A stretch of DNA of 64,000 nt from an uncultured Actinomycetes bacterium (GCA_963813975.1 CAWFAP010000002.1:57876-121875); one strand, 5' to 3'; counted from the first letter of the stretch, positions 1-10,264 are shown. The notes: generated by a model from the letters alone, not told the origin. Program-made: numbers and translations.

Positions 1-1
1 G

Positions 2-208
2 GCCGCCTGGGCCTTCGGCGCGGCCGGGCTCGGCGCGGCCACCGGGGTCACGGTCGCCACTCTCTATGCGGTACTCATGCTGGCCGCAGTTGCCCCAGGT
101 GCGGGGCTGCTGCTGGGGGACGCCGTTCGCCGCCGTCGCGACCCGGGACACTCGGGCGAGGCGAGACGACCCGATCCGGCGCCGCTGACGATGGAGGCCG
201 TTCGTGAT
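2..208 (+). CDS. 3' end of a membrane-protein gene entering from upstream of the window (partial)
   Basis: The frame is open from the window edge. A hydrophobic stretch AAWAFGAAGLGAATGVTVATLYAVLMLAAVAPGAGLLLG is followed by a charged tail, and third positions are G/C-rich. The TGA at 206-208 overlaps a GTG at 204 (GTGA). Confidence 0.3.
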
Positions 209-628
209 TGACCGGCCGTACCCGGTGACCGGCCTCGGCACGCCGCTGACGAGGCGCCCGGCCTGGCGCGAGGCCGAATGGATCGTCCCGTGACCGGAGC
301 GGTCCAGGCGGCAGCGATCCGCCGGCGTATCCGCATCCCGCTGCGTTTCGCTAATGTGTTCGGCAGCCAGCGGTGCGACTGCCGGCCGCAACTGCGCGAA
401 GCGGCCGAGCGGATCACCAAGCACTGCGGGTACGTGCTGTATATGCGGCAGGAAGGGCGCGGCATCGGACCGTATGACAAACTCGACGCCTACGCGCTGC
501 AAGATCGCGGTCTCGATACGTATGACGTGAATCTTGCGCTCGGTCACCGCGCCGACGAGCGCGACTACACCAGCGCAGCCCAGATGCTGCTCGCCGGTCC
601 GGCACACCTCGGGACCGAGGCCCGATGA
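204..628 (+). pseudogene. GTP cyclohydrolase II-like gene, apparently frameshifted near 270-290 and lacking the C-terminal third
   Basis: ORF 278-628 carries the GCH II core motifs [10 protein letters not shown] and [37 protein letters not shown]. The position of the first zinc Cys (HSEC in E. coli RibA) reads IPLR. The sequence stops after AAQMLL, and the expected LLTNNP segment is absent in every frame. A possible GTG start at 204 is in another frame. Confidence 0.5.
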
Positions 629-671
629 CAGACATCCGCGAGCACCCGCCGCCTACCAGCGCGCCAGAGCG

Positions 672-2153
672 GTGACTCGAATACGGCCAGCCGCCTGGGT
701 CATGGCCGCGGTCGCACTGTTCCTGCTGGCCGTGGCCGGTTATGCCCTGCTCGTCCATGCGTCCCCGCAGTACTACTGGACGCAGATCGACACGGCCGTC
801 TACCGAGACGGCGGCATCGCTGTGCGGAACCGGCCGGCGATGCTCTACTCGCTGGCGCTCGGGGCGGCGAAGCTGCCGTTCATCTACACGCCGTTCGCCG
901 CGCTCCTGTTCGCTCTAGGGAGCGGTGCGTCCTTCGCGACCTGGCAGGTCGGGGCTGGCAGTGCTCACGATCGGGCTGCTGCCGGTGGTGGCGTACCTTT
1001 CCCTGGGACTCGCCAGGCGGCCCGCCGGCCTGGCCAGGGTGGCGGCGGCGTTTGCGATCGCCGCGGTGGGCCTCTGGCTCGAACCGGTTGCGATGACACT
1101 GTTCTTCGGGCAGATCAACCTCCTGCTGCTGGCCCTGGTGGTGGGCGATCTCGCGCTGCCGGACCACATCAAGGGCAAAGGCATCGGAATCGGGCTGGCG
1201 GCGGGGATCAAGCTCACGCCGTTGATCTTCATTCCGTACCTGCTGTTCACGCGGCGAGTAAAGGCCGCGGCGCTCAGCGGGCTGACCTTCGCGGTCACGG
1301 TGGGATTTGGGTTCGCGCTGCTGCCGCACGCCTCCGTGGTCTACTGGGGCGGGCAGATCACCCGGCCGGGCAGCAAGCCCTTCCACCTGGACAACCAGTC
1401 CCTTAACGGCGTCATACTGCGCCTTCCCACGCCGGGCCCGACGCGCACGCGTACTGGCTGGTCGCGGCGGCCGTCGTCGGCATCGCCGGGCTCGCCACCT
1501 CGATACTGGCGAGCCGGCGTGGCCACGAGCTACTCGGCCTGGTTGCGTGTGCCGCGACCGGCCTGCTGGTCTCCCCGATCACCTGGTCGCACCACTACAT
1601 TTACGTGGTACCGGCACTTGTCCTCGCCGCGTACGGGCCACGCCGCCTCGGCTACCGGATCCTCGGCGCCGCGCTGGTGGTGGGCTTGTTTGGCTGGTGG
1701 CCAGTGTCTATTGGCAACCAGGGCGGCTACGACCCTAAGGCCCAGCTACTACCGCGCGGGTGGGTGCTTCTCGCGCCGAACCGGGGCAACAACCGGGCAG
1801 CAGTCGAGTTCACCTGGCGTGGGCTGGAATTGATCGTCGGCAACTACTACGTGCTCACCCTGCTCGTGTTTATCGCGGCCACCGCATACGCCCAGGTGCT
1901 TACCCGTCGCCTCAGGCCTGAGTGCGCGCAGTCGGCCCCCGAACCCGATGCCGTGTGGGCGGCACGCCCGCCCGGCGTCGCCGGGCGCCGGCGGGGCGCT
2001 AGCCGGGCGAGCGGCCCACGAAATCAAGCTGGTGGGCGATATAGACCAGCTCGCCCGCGGCCAGTTGCCGGCCGCGCTCGGCCAGCCAGCCGGCCAGATC
2101 CGCCGGTTCCACCCAGTCCTGGCGATTCCGCAACGCGTTCTGGATCGTGTTAA
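672..2153 (+). pseudogene. GT87 / DUF2029-type polyprenol-phosphate-mannose-dependent mannosyltransferase (PimE-like), split over three frames
   Basis: One continuous membrane-protein sequence is spread over three ORFs. These are ORF 534-1406 (..YYWTQIDTAVYRDGG..PFIYTPFAALLF), ORF 925-1833 (..FFGQINLLLLALVVGD..GIGIGLAAGIKLTPLIF) and ORF 1605-2153 (..SPITWSHHYIYVVPAL..). The frame changes at the G-run near 949-953 and near 1422-1432. Confidence 0.6.
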
Positions 2154-2889
2154 GGATGCTGCGCAGGAAGTAATCCTCGTCGCCCGGGTAATTCCCATCC
2201 GGGCCCGCGCTTACGACCCAGTCCGACGGCCCCGCCGCCAGCGCAGGCGCCCCCGCAGCCCGCAGGTAGTGAAACAGGCGGCGGCCCGTTCGGCTTTCCC
2301 CGGCCGGCAGGCCGTAGCGCAAGCGCTCATCCATGTCGCGGTGGTAGGCCTGCATGATCCGGTCGTCGTAGGGGTGGCCGGGCTCGAAGATGCTCTCGCC
2401 GTCGTAGTTGATCGTGAACCAGTAGAGGCCGCCGGGGACCAGCAACCGCAACAATCCGGGCAGGACGGCCGGCACGTCCACCAGGTCCAGGACGGCGTTG
2501 GCGATCAGCACATCGGCCGGCGCCCCATGAGCGGCCTCCAGGTAACTGCCGAGCTCGGCGTGCACCAGGCGCACCCGGAGATCACCCACCCGCAGCCCAT
2601 CCGGCAGCTGGCCGCTGCGCAGGCCCCGCGCGACCGCCCAATCAGACAGCCACCGGCGGGAACAATCCAGCAGCTGCCGATCCGCATCCAGCAGGATGTA
2701 CTCGCCGGCTCCAACCGCGCCGCAGTCCATCAGCCGGGCCACCATCGTCCCCAGGCCGGCGCCGACCTCCAGCACCCGCGGCGCACCCGCGGGCATCAGG
2801 CGGCGCAACTCGGCCAGCACATGCCGGTTAAGCGCCCGGTCATCCACGGTCGTCTTCGCAGCCAGGTAGCGGGCATAGTCGCAGGTCAT
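1999..2889 (-). CDS. class I SAM-dependent methyltransferase
   Basis: It has the VLEVGAGLGT SAM-binding motif and LLVPGG. The ATG at 2889 overlaps the stop of the upstream gene (ATGA at 2886-2889). Confidence 0.8.
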   Translation of the reverse strand: MTCDYARYLAAKTTVDDRALNRHVLAELRRLMPAGAPRVLEVGAGLGTMVARLMDCGAVGAGEYILLDADRQLLDCSRRWLSDWAVARGLRSGQLPDGLRVGDLRVRLVHAELGSYLEAAHGAPADVLIANAVLDLVDVPAVLPGLLRLLVPGGLYWFTINYDGESIFEPGHPYDDRIMQAYHRDMDERLRYGLPAGESRTGRRLFHYLRAAGAPALAAGPSDWVVSAGPDGNYPGDEDYFLRSILNTIQNALRNRQDWVEPADLAGWLAERGRQLAAGELVYIAHQLDFVGRSPG

Positions 2890-3647
2890 CGCTTCTTGGC
2901 TACCATCGCGAACTTGCGCACCCGACCGCTGCCGAGCCAGTCGCTCCACAGCTGGTGGGCTGTGATCAGCTCGGCGGTAGCCTGCGTCCCGATCTGGGCG
3001 GCGATCTGAGGTGAGTCAGCTCGATACCAGCGAAGCAGTGCCGTCGCTGTCGCGTGATGGGAGGAGCTGTTCTCCTGCCGCCAGATCACGGTCAACCCCG
3101 CCTCGCGCAGCACACCCGTCAATTCCGCCAAGTCGATGAGCCAGACTGTTTCGGCGCCGGGCATCCGCCCCCGCTCCTGCTGGGTGAGCGGCCGGCCTTC
3201 CTCGACCGTGAAAGCGAAACGCCCGCCCGGCTCCAGCACGCGCTCTACCTCACCCACCAAGGCCTCCTTGTCGGGGAAGGCCAGCAGCGTCTCCAGCAGG
3301 AGAACCACCTCGAAGCGGCTCTCGGGCAGCGGCGGGAGGTGAGCTCGCTCGAAGCGGCAGGGGAGATTCCCGGCCAGCTCCTGGGCAGTGGCCAGTGCGC
3401 TGGCGGAGTAATCGACACCCAGGTAGTGACATCCCGACTCCGACGTGATCATCCGGCCGGGGCCGGCCACCCCGCAGCACAGGTCGAGCACCGAGACGCC
3501 GGGGCCGACCCGGGCGTGGTGAGCCAACCCCCGGACCTCGCCCGCCCCCATGAAGCTCTCCTGGCCTACATAATCACCGGCAGGGTAGGCGGCCGCCCGG
3601 GCCCGCTCTAGCGCCGTCAAAAATGGCGCTCGTTGATCCTGTCTCAC
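2886..3647 (-). CDS. class I SAM-dependent methyltransferase
   Basis: Motifs are VLDLCCGVAGPG and LEPGGRFAF. The GTG start at 3647 was chosen because the longer ORF upstream is Arg/Pro-rich noise. It is translationally coupled to the next methyltransferase. Confidence 0.75.
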   Translation of the reverse strand: MRQDQRAPFLTALERARAAAYPAGDYVGQESFMGAGEVRGLAHHARVGPGVSVLDLCCGVAGPGRMITSESGCHYLGVDYSASALATAQELAGNLPCRFERAHLPPLPESRFEVVLLLETLLAFPDKEALVGEVERVLEPGGRFAFTVEEGRPLTQQERGRMPGAETVWLIDLAELTGVLREAGLTVIWRQENSSSHHATATALLRWYRADSPQIAAQIGTQATAELITAHQLWSDWLGSGRVRKFAMVAKKR

Positions 3648-3883
3648 GTCAGATCCCGTTTGGTGCCTGGCCCGGCGGGGCCCGCCACCGGGCCCGGCAG
3701 AGCTACCTGCTGTGCGCCGCGCTGGCGTTGAGCGGACTCCGGTGGTCTCGGGTCGAACCGCGGCCACCGCTTCTACGTGCCATCCTGTCTCGGGTATGAC
3801 GGATCGGTGGCGGGTGTGGTTCAGCGCGGCCGCAGGGTGGAGACTGGTGTGGTGCGGCAGGCGCTCTGGAGGGCCGGAACATC

Positions 3884-5002
3884 GTGCGGGTCCACGTAGT
3901 AGTCCCCGAGGGGTTCGACGATCCCCGGCAGCCTACCGGCGGCAACATCTATGACCAGCGCGTCTGCGCCGGCCTGGCCGGGGCCGGATGGGATGTGCTG
4001 GTTACGACCGTGGCCGCGGCGTGGCCGGTATCCGGTTCGCGCGGCCGCGCCGACCTGGCCCGTATCGTTTCCGCCATTCCCGACGGTGAGACCGTCCTGA
4101 TCGACGGGATCATCGCCTCGCCGGCCGCCGCGCAACTGCTGCCACACACCGGCCGGATACGAATGACGGTGCTGCTGCACATGTCACTGGCCACCGTCCT
4201 CGACGCGCACGGTGATGCCAGCGCCCAGCGCTCCGAACGGGTCGTGCTCCGCGCGGCCACGGGCGTGGTCGTTACCAGCGAATGGACCCGCCAGCAGGTA
4301 CTGACCCGATACGCGATCCCGGCTCACCGCGTGCACGTCGCCCGGCCCGGAGTCGATCAGGTCGCTGCCCCGGCCCGACCCGTCCGCGGACACCTGATCT
4401 GCGTCGGAGTCCTCGGCCGCCACAAGGGGCAGGACGTCCTCCTCGAGGCGCTCGCCGACCTCGCTGAGCGGGACTGGCATTGCGTGCTGGCCGGGCCGCT
4501 CGACCGCGCCCCTGACTTCGTCAACCAATTGCAGACCCGCATCACGCGCCTCGGCTATGGCCACCGCGTCCGGCTCACCGGCGTCCTGACCGGCGCGGCG
4601 CTCAGCCACGCGTACACCACGGCCGATCTGCTCGTCGCGCCGTCCCGCTCGGAGACCTACGGCATGACCGTCACCGAAGCGCTCGCCCACGGCCTGCCCG
4701 TCATAGCCACCGCTGTCGGTGGGCTGCCCGAAGCGCTCGGCTCCACCGCCGATGGCACCCGCCCCGGCCAACTGGTCCCCCCCGGCGATCCGGCTGCCCT
4801 CACCGCCGCGCTCGGAGACTGGCTGGGTGACGAGCGCCACCGACACCGGCTACGGGCCGCCGTACGACAGCGGCGGTCAACCTTGCGCGGCTGGGAACAG
4901 ACCACACAAGAGATAGCGAACGCACTGACCGCCGATGGGGGCCGTAAGCCTGGGCCGCCCGGAGTGGACAACCATCCTGAAAAGACCAGCGGCCCGGCTT
5001 GA
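3884..5002 (+). CDS. GT4-family glycosyltransferase
   Basis: The C-terminal GT-B signature is present: LLVAPSRSETYGMTVTEALAHGLPVIATAVGGLPE. The N-terminus (MRVHVVVPEGFDDP..GGN) is typical of GT4. Confidence 0.85.
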   Translation: MRVHVVVPEGFDDPRQPTGGNIYDQRVCAGLAGAGWDVLVTTVAAAWPVSGSRGRADLARIVSAIPDGETVLIDGIIASPAAAQLLPHTGRIRMTVLLHMSLATVLDAHGDASAQRSERVVLRAATGVVVTSEWTRQQVLTRYAIPAHRVHVARPGVDQVAAPARPVRGHLICVGVLGRHKGQDVLLEALADLAERDWHCVLAGPLDRAPDFVNQLQTRITRLGYGHRVRLTGVLTGAALSHAYTTADLLVAPSRSETYGMTVTEALAHGLPVIATAVGGLPEALGSTADGTRPGQLVPPGDPAALTAALGDWLGDERHRHRLRAAVRQRRSTLRGWEQTTQEIANALTADGGRKPGPPGVDNHPEKTSGPA

Positions 5003-5135
5003 CCTTGATCCGGCATTGGCCCCGCCCGGCTCAGTGCACAGGCTCCGCCCTACTGCACCAGAACAGCTGATCCGTGTGGCACTGCTCGCGTGAACCGAAA
5101 CGGCGGGTGCGCGGTTCAGCGGTAGATGGGGCGGC

Positions 5136-5969
5136 TCATACAGCGTGCGCTGTGACCAGCCAGGCCGCGCTGGGCATGGTCACGCCACCCGGCGATGCAT
5201 ACGCCACCAGGCGGTCCCGGACCTGCCTGGTCAGCTCGTCGGCTTGTGCTGGGCTGAGCCCGGTCAGGACCTCTCTGGCGCTGGGGAAGGTGCGCTCGTA
5301 CTCGAGCACCTCGTCTACGTCGCGGCCGATGAGCATCGGCTCGTCCGCCGCCGCGAACTCGATGGCGCCGAACCCCGCACCGCTCAGCAACGCGCCCACC
5401 CGGCCGGTATCGGCGAGGGAGAAGGCAGCATCCGGCCCAGGCATCTCGCGGCGGCCGAGCACCGCCGCGGCCTCGGCGAACCCGAAGGTAAAGAAGGGGT
5501 TCTCATCGCGGGTGCGCCAGCACAGGAACGCCAGCCTGCCGCCGCGCCGCAGCGCCTTCCGCAGGTTGCCGAACGCCGCCGCCGGGTCATCGAAGAACAT
5601 GACACCGAACGTGCTCAGCACCACGTCGAAGATCCCGGCCCCGAAGGGGTGCACCTGGGCGTCGGCTACCTCGAACCTGGCGTTAGTGACGCCAGCAGCA
5701 GCGGCGAGCTGGCGCGCTTCGGCTACCTGGATCCGGGACAAGTCGGCGCCGAGAGCGTGCCCGCTGCGGGAGGCGCGGGCCGCGAGGATGGTTGTGTCAC
5801 CGCAGCCGCACCCGACATCGAGAACGTTCTCCCCGTCCTGGATCTGCGCGCCGGCGAACAACCGCGCCGTCAGCCGGCCCCGCATCCGCTCCCACCGCTC
5901 ACGCTGCTCGACGAAGTGCCTACCACTGGGCCCGTTCCACGCCTCGGCCTGCTCCGCGTTCACCGCCAC
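5136..5969 (-). CDS. class I SAM-dependent methyltransferase
   Basis: Motifs are VLDVGCGCGDTT and LRRGGRLAF. This is a full-length 277-aa ORF with strong G/C third-position bias. Confidence 0.85.
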   Translation of the reverse strand: MAVNAEQAEAWNGPSGRHFVEQRERWERMRGRLTARLFAGAQIQDGENVLDVGCGCGDTTILAARASRSGHALGADLSRIQVAEARQLAAAAGVTNARFEVADAQVHPFGAGIFDVVLSTFGVMFFDDPAAAFGNLRKALRRGGRLAFLCWRTRDENPFFTFGFAEAAAVLGRREMPGPDAAFSLADTGRVGALLSGAGFGAIEFAAADEPMLIGRDVDEVLEYERTFPSAREVLTGLSPAQADELTRQVRDRLVAYASPGGVTMPSAAWLVTAHAV

Positions 5970-6323
5970 GAAGGCACGCTACATCGCCCCACACTCCTGC
6001 CGGGACCGGTGCCCGGTGCGCCGTTCGGTACGTTATGGCCGGAAATCGCGACGGTCGCGGAGGCCTGCCAGTCAGCAGCCTGCGCGTGTTCGGCAGCGCG
6101 GCCCGCGGCGAGGACCAGAGGCTCAAGTCGCCCGGACGGTTCCTGCCATACGGCGTTCATGCGCCGGGTCACGGGGTCTCGCAGCGCTTCTGGGTGTACA
6201 CCGTTGCCACCCGCACCTGCCTGGACATCACCGAACACCGCGGCAAACCCCTGCCCTGATGCGGGCGGTCGCCGACCGGGCCCGGGCTTCTGGTGTACCT
6301 CGTCACCGGGGATTGCGGGCGAG

Positions 6324-7922
6324 TCAGCCCAGGGCCATCTGTTCGCCAGAGCCCGATTGCTGGGGGTCTGGCAGGCGCATCATGCGGAACGAGATGAGCA
6401 GCCCGGTCAGACCAGCGAGGATGGGTATCAGAAGCGCCACCTGAAGGGCGAGGTGCCTTGCCTGGGTGTTGATCTTGATGATCTCGTCCTGCGTCTTCTG
6501 CGGCTGGCCGGCGAGCTGTTTCTCGAGCTGGGTGTTGCTGACCACTTCGGCGTCATGCTCGAGGACCTTGGCGACCTGCTGCTGCTCGGCCCCGGAAAGC
6601 ACGGTGCTCGACTGGGTCATGCTGGTGAAGCCAGCCGACAGCACCGCCAGCAGGATGGCGCCCGCGAATGCCAGCCCGAATGACAGACCGAATGATCCTC
6701 CGGCCGAGTTCACCCCGGCGGCCTCACTGACGCGTTCCTCAGAGATCGGGGCCAGCGTGTAGTTGTTCAGCTGCGAGACCAGCAGGCCCAGCCCCGCTCC
6801 GGCGATTATCAGCGGCACCACCAGGTACCAGCCGGAGGTCGCCCGGGGCACGATCGGCTCCACGGCGGCCATCCCGATCGTGAACAGCGCGAACCCGGCC
6901 CGGATGAGGCTCGCCGGACGCCGCTTCCCGCCTCTTCTCCCGGCGACCAGCGCCACCGCGAACATGCTCAAAGACAGCGGGGCGATCGACAGGCCCGCTC
7001 CCATCGCGCTGTATTCGAGCACGATCTGCAGGTAGATCGGCAGTGCGATCATCGTGCCGCCCAGGCCGATCTGCTGCAGCAGTTGCCCGGAGACCCCGAA
7101 CTTGAACAGCTTGGCCTTGAACAGGTCCGGGTCCAGCAGCACCGCCTTGCCTGCACGCTTGCGCCGCACCAGCCACCACGCCAGGAGCCCGAGCGAGACC
7201 GCCCCCAGCGCCAGGAGCAGGCCGACCGCTTCGCCGCCTTCTTGCCACACGAGGATGCCCAGCACGACGCCGCCCATGCCCAGCACGGACAGGAGGGCAC
7301 CCACGATGTCCACGCGCCGCGATCCGGTGTATTCCACGTCCCGGACCAGCCGGATGCCGGACAGCACGACCACGATGATGACGTCCTCAAGCACAAACGC
7401 GATCCGCCACGACAGGTAGGTCGTGATGAACCCGCCCAGCAGCGGGCCGAGGGCGGCGGCGATCGCGGCCGCGGCTCCCACCAGCGCGTAGGCCTGCCGT
7501 TGCGCGGCGCCCTGGAAGTTGCCGTGGATCAGCGACTGCATCGCCGGCAGCAGCAGCGAAGCGCCGAGCCCGCCGACGATCGCCCAGAAGACGATGATCG
7601 CGGTCAGGCCCTGCGCCAGGGCCATGGCCAGGGCACCGATCGCGTAGCCGAGCAGGCCCAGCACGTAGGCGCGCTTGCGCCCGATCAGATCGCCCACCTT
7701 GCTGCCAATCAAGATGAACGCCGCCGAGACCAGCGCCTCAAGCGCGATCGCGGACTGAACCCCGCTGACGGTCGTATGCAGATCATGAACGACCGATGCG
7801 ATGGACACGTTCATCACCGACGTGTCGACGACCAGGACGAACATGGCCATCGCCAGCAAGATGGCCAGCCTGCGGTCCGCCCTGGCCATCGCCGGGGCGC
7901 TGGCGCCGGACTCGCCAGTCAT
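6324..7922 (-). CDS. MFS transporter, 14-TMS drug:H+ antiporter (DHA2/EmrB-QacA-like)
   Basis: It is hydrophobic throughout and carries MFS motifs (GDLIGRKRAY; LGPLLGGFIT). The ATG at 7922 was chosen because it precedes the first TM segment. Confidence 0.9.
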   Translation of the reverse strand: MTGESGASAPAMARADRRLAILLAMAMFVLVVDTSVMNVSIASVVHDLHTTVSGVQSAIALEALVSAAFILIGSKVGDLIGRKRAYVLGLLGYAIGALAMALAQGLTAIIVFWAIVGGLGASLLLPAMQSLIHGNFQGAAQRQAYALVGAAAAIAAALGPLLGGFITTYLSWRIAFVLEDVIIVVVLSGIRLVRDVEYTGSRRVDIVGALLSVLGMGGVVLGILVWQEGGEAVGLLLALGAVSLGLLAWWLVRRKRAGKAVLLDPDLFKAKLFKFGVSGQLLQQIGLGGTMIALPIYLQIVLEYSAMGAGLSIAPLSLSMFAVALVAGRRGGKRRPASLIRAGFALFTIGMAAVEPIVPRATSGWYLVVPLIIAGAGLGLLVSQLNNYTLAPISEERVSEAAGVNSAGGSFGLSFGLAFAGAILLAVLSAGFTSMTQSSTVLSGAEQQQVAKVLEHDAEVVSNTQLEKQLAGQPQKTQDEIIKINTQARHLALQVALLIPILAGLTGLLISFRMMRLPDPQQSGSGEQMALG

Positions 7923-8193
7923 AGCAGGTTCACCATCCTGACAGTCATGCGGTTTCGGCTGAAGGCAATCCGCGCGCCCTTCGCCCCATCGCTCCCGGAG
8001 ACACCAGGGAATGCCGTCCCGGGTCGCATGCTCCCGGAGCGCCATCTGCCGCCTTCTGTCGGCAGACCGGATGCCGTGTACCGGTCAGAGCGCCAAGTCA
8101 ACCCCACAGCGGGGCTAGGTTGATCACCCACGGTGGGTGAGCCGATCCGGTTCCCCATGGCAGGTACTACCGCTGGCGACTTCCGGAGCTGCC

Positions 8194-9663
8194 TTAGATG
8201 TCGGTGGTGGCTTCGGCTGTGCCGTCTTTGACGGCGTTCTGGAACGCGGTGTAATCGCGTTCGTTCTGGTCGGCGTAGGTTTCGGCGAAGCCGGCGATGG
8301 CCTGGTCGAATGTGGCGGAGCTGCCGAGGTAGGCGGCGAGGGCGATGCGATCTCCGGAGCGGGCGTGCGCCCGGGCGAGGGTCCACCCGCACAGCCGGGC
8401 GTAGACGGTCATGCCCGAGGGGATCATCCGCTCGATCGGCACGGAGAATTTCCAGTCCCGTAGCTGGCGCACGTAAAAGTCGCGGTCGATCCCGTCCGGG
8501 CCAGTGTTGCGGGTCCAGCCGAGGAAGATGTCGCTTTGAGCCTGCATCAGGTGCTGCCCGGCGACGACGCGCTCGCCTTGGTTGTTGTGCTGGCTGCGCC
8601 CGCAGTAGCCGGCCAGGACCGAGGGCTGCGCTTCCTTGGCTTGCAGGAACAAGGGCTCTACACCATCGCAGGCGTCCATCAGCAGCACCCAGGCGCGGGT
8701 GCCGACGCTGCCGACCCCGACGACCTTGCGGGCCATCTGGACCAGCGTGAATTGCTTCAGCAGGTGGCGCCGGTCGGACTGCAGGCTGCGCCGGTATTTG
8801 GCTAGCACGGCGCGCAGCTGCTCGTAAATCGCGTCGGCCTGCGCGTCGGCGAAGACTTCTTCGACCGGGACGATCATCGGAGGGTCGCTGATGATCCGCC
8901 GCTGCCCGCCGACCCTGGTGGTGAGCTTGCGCAGCGCCTGCATGCTGTCGCGGGTATGCGCCTTGGCCAGCTGCGCCTGGGCGGCCTTGAACCCCTTCGC
9001 CTTGATCTGCGATCTGAACTCGCCGAGGGCCGGCTCGATGTCCAGGTGGGCGTACCACACGTCCAGGAAGGGCTGCTGTGCGAAGCCGCGCATCGTCGTG
9101 CGGTAACTCTCGGCCGCCGCGAGGGCGATCTTGCGGCGGGCTTTGTCGGGGTACCCGTTGTCTCGTCCCGCCACGGCCAGGCTCGCGGCCAGCCGCTTGA
9201 CGTCCCACTCGAACGGGCCGGGCAGGGTCTCGTCGAAGTCGTTGACGTCGAAGACCAGCCGCCGTTCCGGCGACGCGAACGCGCCGAAATTGGACAGGTG
9301 CGCGTCCCCGCACAGCTGCACCTGCAGCCCCGAAGCGGGAGTGCTGGCCAGGTCCGCCGCCATCGGGAGCGCCGCCCCGCGGTAGAACGTGAACGCAGAC
9401 ACCAGCATCCGCCCGTGGCGCACCGGCACCAGTTCCGGTACCCGCGATTCGGCCTGGCCCAGCAGCAGCCCGACCGGATCCCGGGATCCGGTCGGCCGGA
9501 ACTCGGCATGGGCCTCCAGCGGCGCTACCGCCCGGGCGTCCTTGCCCCGGGCCACCCGGTCCTCGCGGCTCAGATGCTCTGCCGCAGCGGCACGGGCCGG
9601 ACCCCGCCTAGATGCCCGGGCACCAGACCTTCCAGCCGCGGCACGATCAGCCGTCACTGTCAT
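8194..9663 (-). CDS. DUF2252 domain-containing protein
   Basis: The characteristic block is present: FYRGAALPMAADL...QLCGDAHLSNFG...VFDVNDFDETLPGPFEWDVKRLAAS. The ATG at 9663 was chosen. Confidence 0.85.
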   Translation of the reverse strand: MTVTADRAAAGRSGARASRRGPARAAAAEHLSREDRVARGKDARAVAPLEAHAEFRPTGSRDPVGLLLGQAESRVPELVPVRHGRMLVSAFTFYRGAALPMAADLASTPASGLQVQLCGDAHLSNFGAFASPERRLVFDVNDFDETLPGPFEWDVKRLAASLAVAGRDNGYPDKARRKIALAAAESYRTTMRGFAQQPFLDVWYAHLDIEPALGEFRSQIKAKGFKAAQAQLAKAHTRDSMQALRKLTTRVGGQRRIISDPPMIVPVEEVFADAQADAIYEQLRAVLAKYRRSLQSDRRHLLKQFTLVQMARKVVGVGSVGTRAWVLLMDACDGVEPLFLQAKEAQPSVLAGYCGRSQHNNQGERVVAGQHLMQAQSDIFLGWTRNTGPDGIDRDFYVRQLRDWKFSVPIERMIPSGMTVYARLCGWTLARAHARSGDRIALAAYLGSSATFDQAIAGFAETYADQNERDYTAFQNAVKDGTAEATTDI

Positions 9664-9862
9664 GACCGCTCCCTCCGGGGCCACAGGGGCGTGATGCCGC
9701 CAGCCGGTACGGACCACGGATCGCTCCCCGATGCTCGTATCAGGCAAGCAGGGCCACTCAAGCGCAGGCATCCCCCCGCACGGGTGACACACGCATTCGC
9801 GGGACGGCGGGTAATCGGGCGGTCGGACCGTGACCTAGGATCTCACCGCTCCTTGAAGGCTG

Positions 9863-10264
9863 TTGCGGTCTTCGGCTTGCGACAATGGCGTAGTGGACCT
9901 CAGTGACCTGCGGCACGGGCGGGCGCGGCTAGGCCGTCTGGAGCGTGATGAGCAGGCGGCTGCGTCTTTCGCCGTCGTCGCCACGCTCAGGCCGCTGGCC
10001 GAACTGGGCGGGGACGCGGTTGGGCCTGCGGACCTCGCGCGCCTTCTGGATGAGGCTCTGGCCGCGATGCGGCGGGTGAGCGTGGATGCGCTGCAGCAGT
10101 TGCTCGCGGCAGCGGAGGCGATGCCGGTGCTGGCGTCCGGCGAAGAGCCATCTGGCAGCGCTGCTTTCGCTGTGGACGTTCTCGCCCGCCTGATGCAGGC
10201 GCTCGATGCCTGGCTGGAGGGTGACGGCGGCGACCTGCTGATGGCAATGCTGCCTCCACAGTGA
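9863..10264 (+). CDS. hypothetical Ala/Leu-rich helical protein
   Basis: Third-position G/C bias is moderate and no family was recognised. An antisense ORF (9929-10399) competes for the same DNA. Confidence 0.3.
   Translation: MRSSACDNGVVDLSDLRHGRARLGRLERDEQAAASFAVVATLRPLAELGGDAVGPADLARLLDEALAAMRRVSVDALQQLLAAAEAMPVLASGEEPSGSAAFAVDVLARLMQALDAWLEGDGGDLLMAMLPPQ

Noticed and set aside
1948-3009. This is a 353-aa plus-strand ORF. Similar very long ORFs occur at 5074-6444, 5145-6683, 7083-8123, 7919-9313, 8956-9906, 19346-20170, 26162-27263, 27922-29130, 37017-38471, 41209-42141, 42169-43506, 49385-50521, 53754-55040, 61147-62592 and 62682-63956.
   Set aside because: They are antisense or off-frame shadows of genes with clear family motifs. 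Their translations are Arg/Pro/Gly/Ala-rich low-complexity sequence with no recognisable motifs. Long spurious ORFs are expected in stop-codon-poor, very GC-rich DNA.
5960-6238. A 92-aa minus-strand ORF between the MFS transporter and the methyltransferase, overlapping the methyltransferase start by 10 nt.
   Set aside because: Third-position G/C bias is weaker than in the neighbouring genes, no family motif is present and there is no clear RBS. It cannot be supported as a gene without a homology search.
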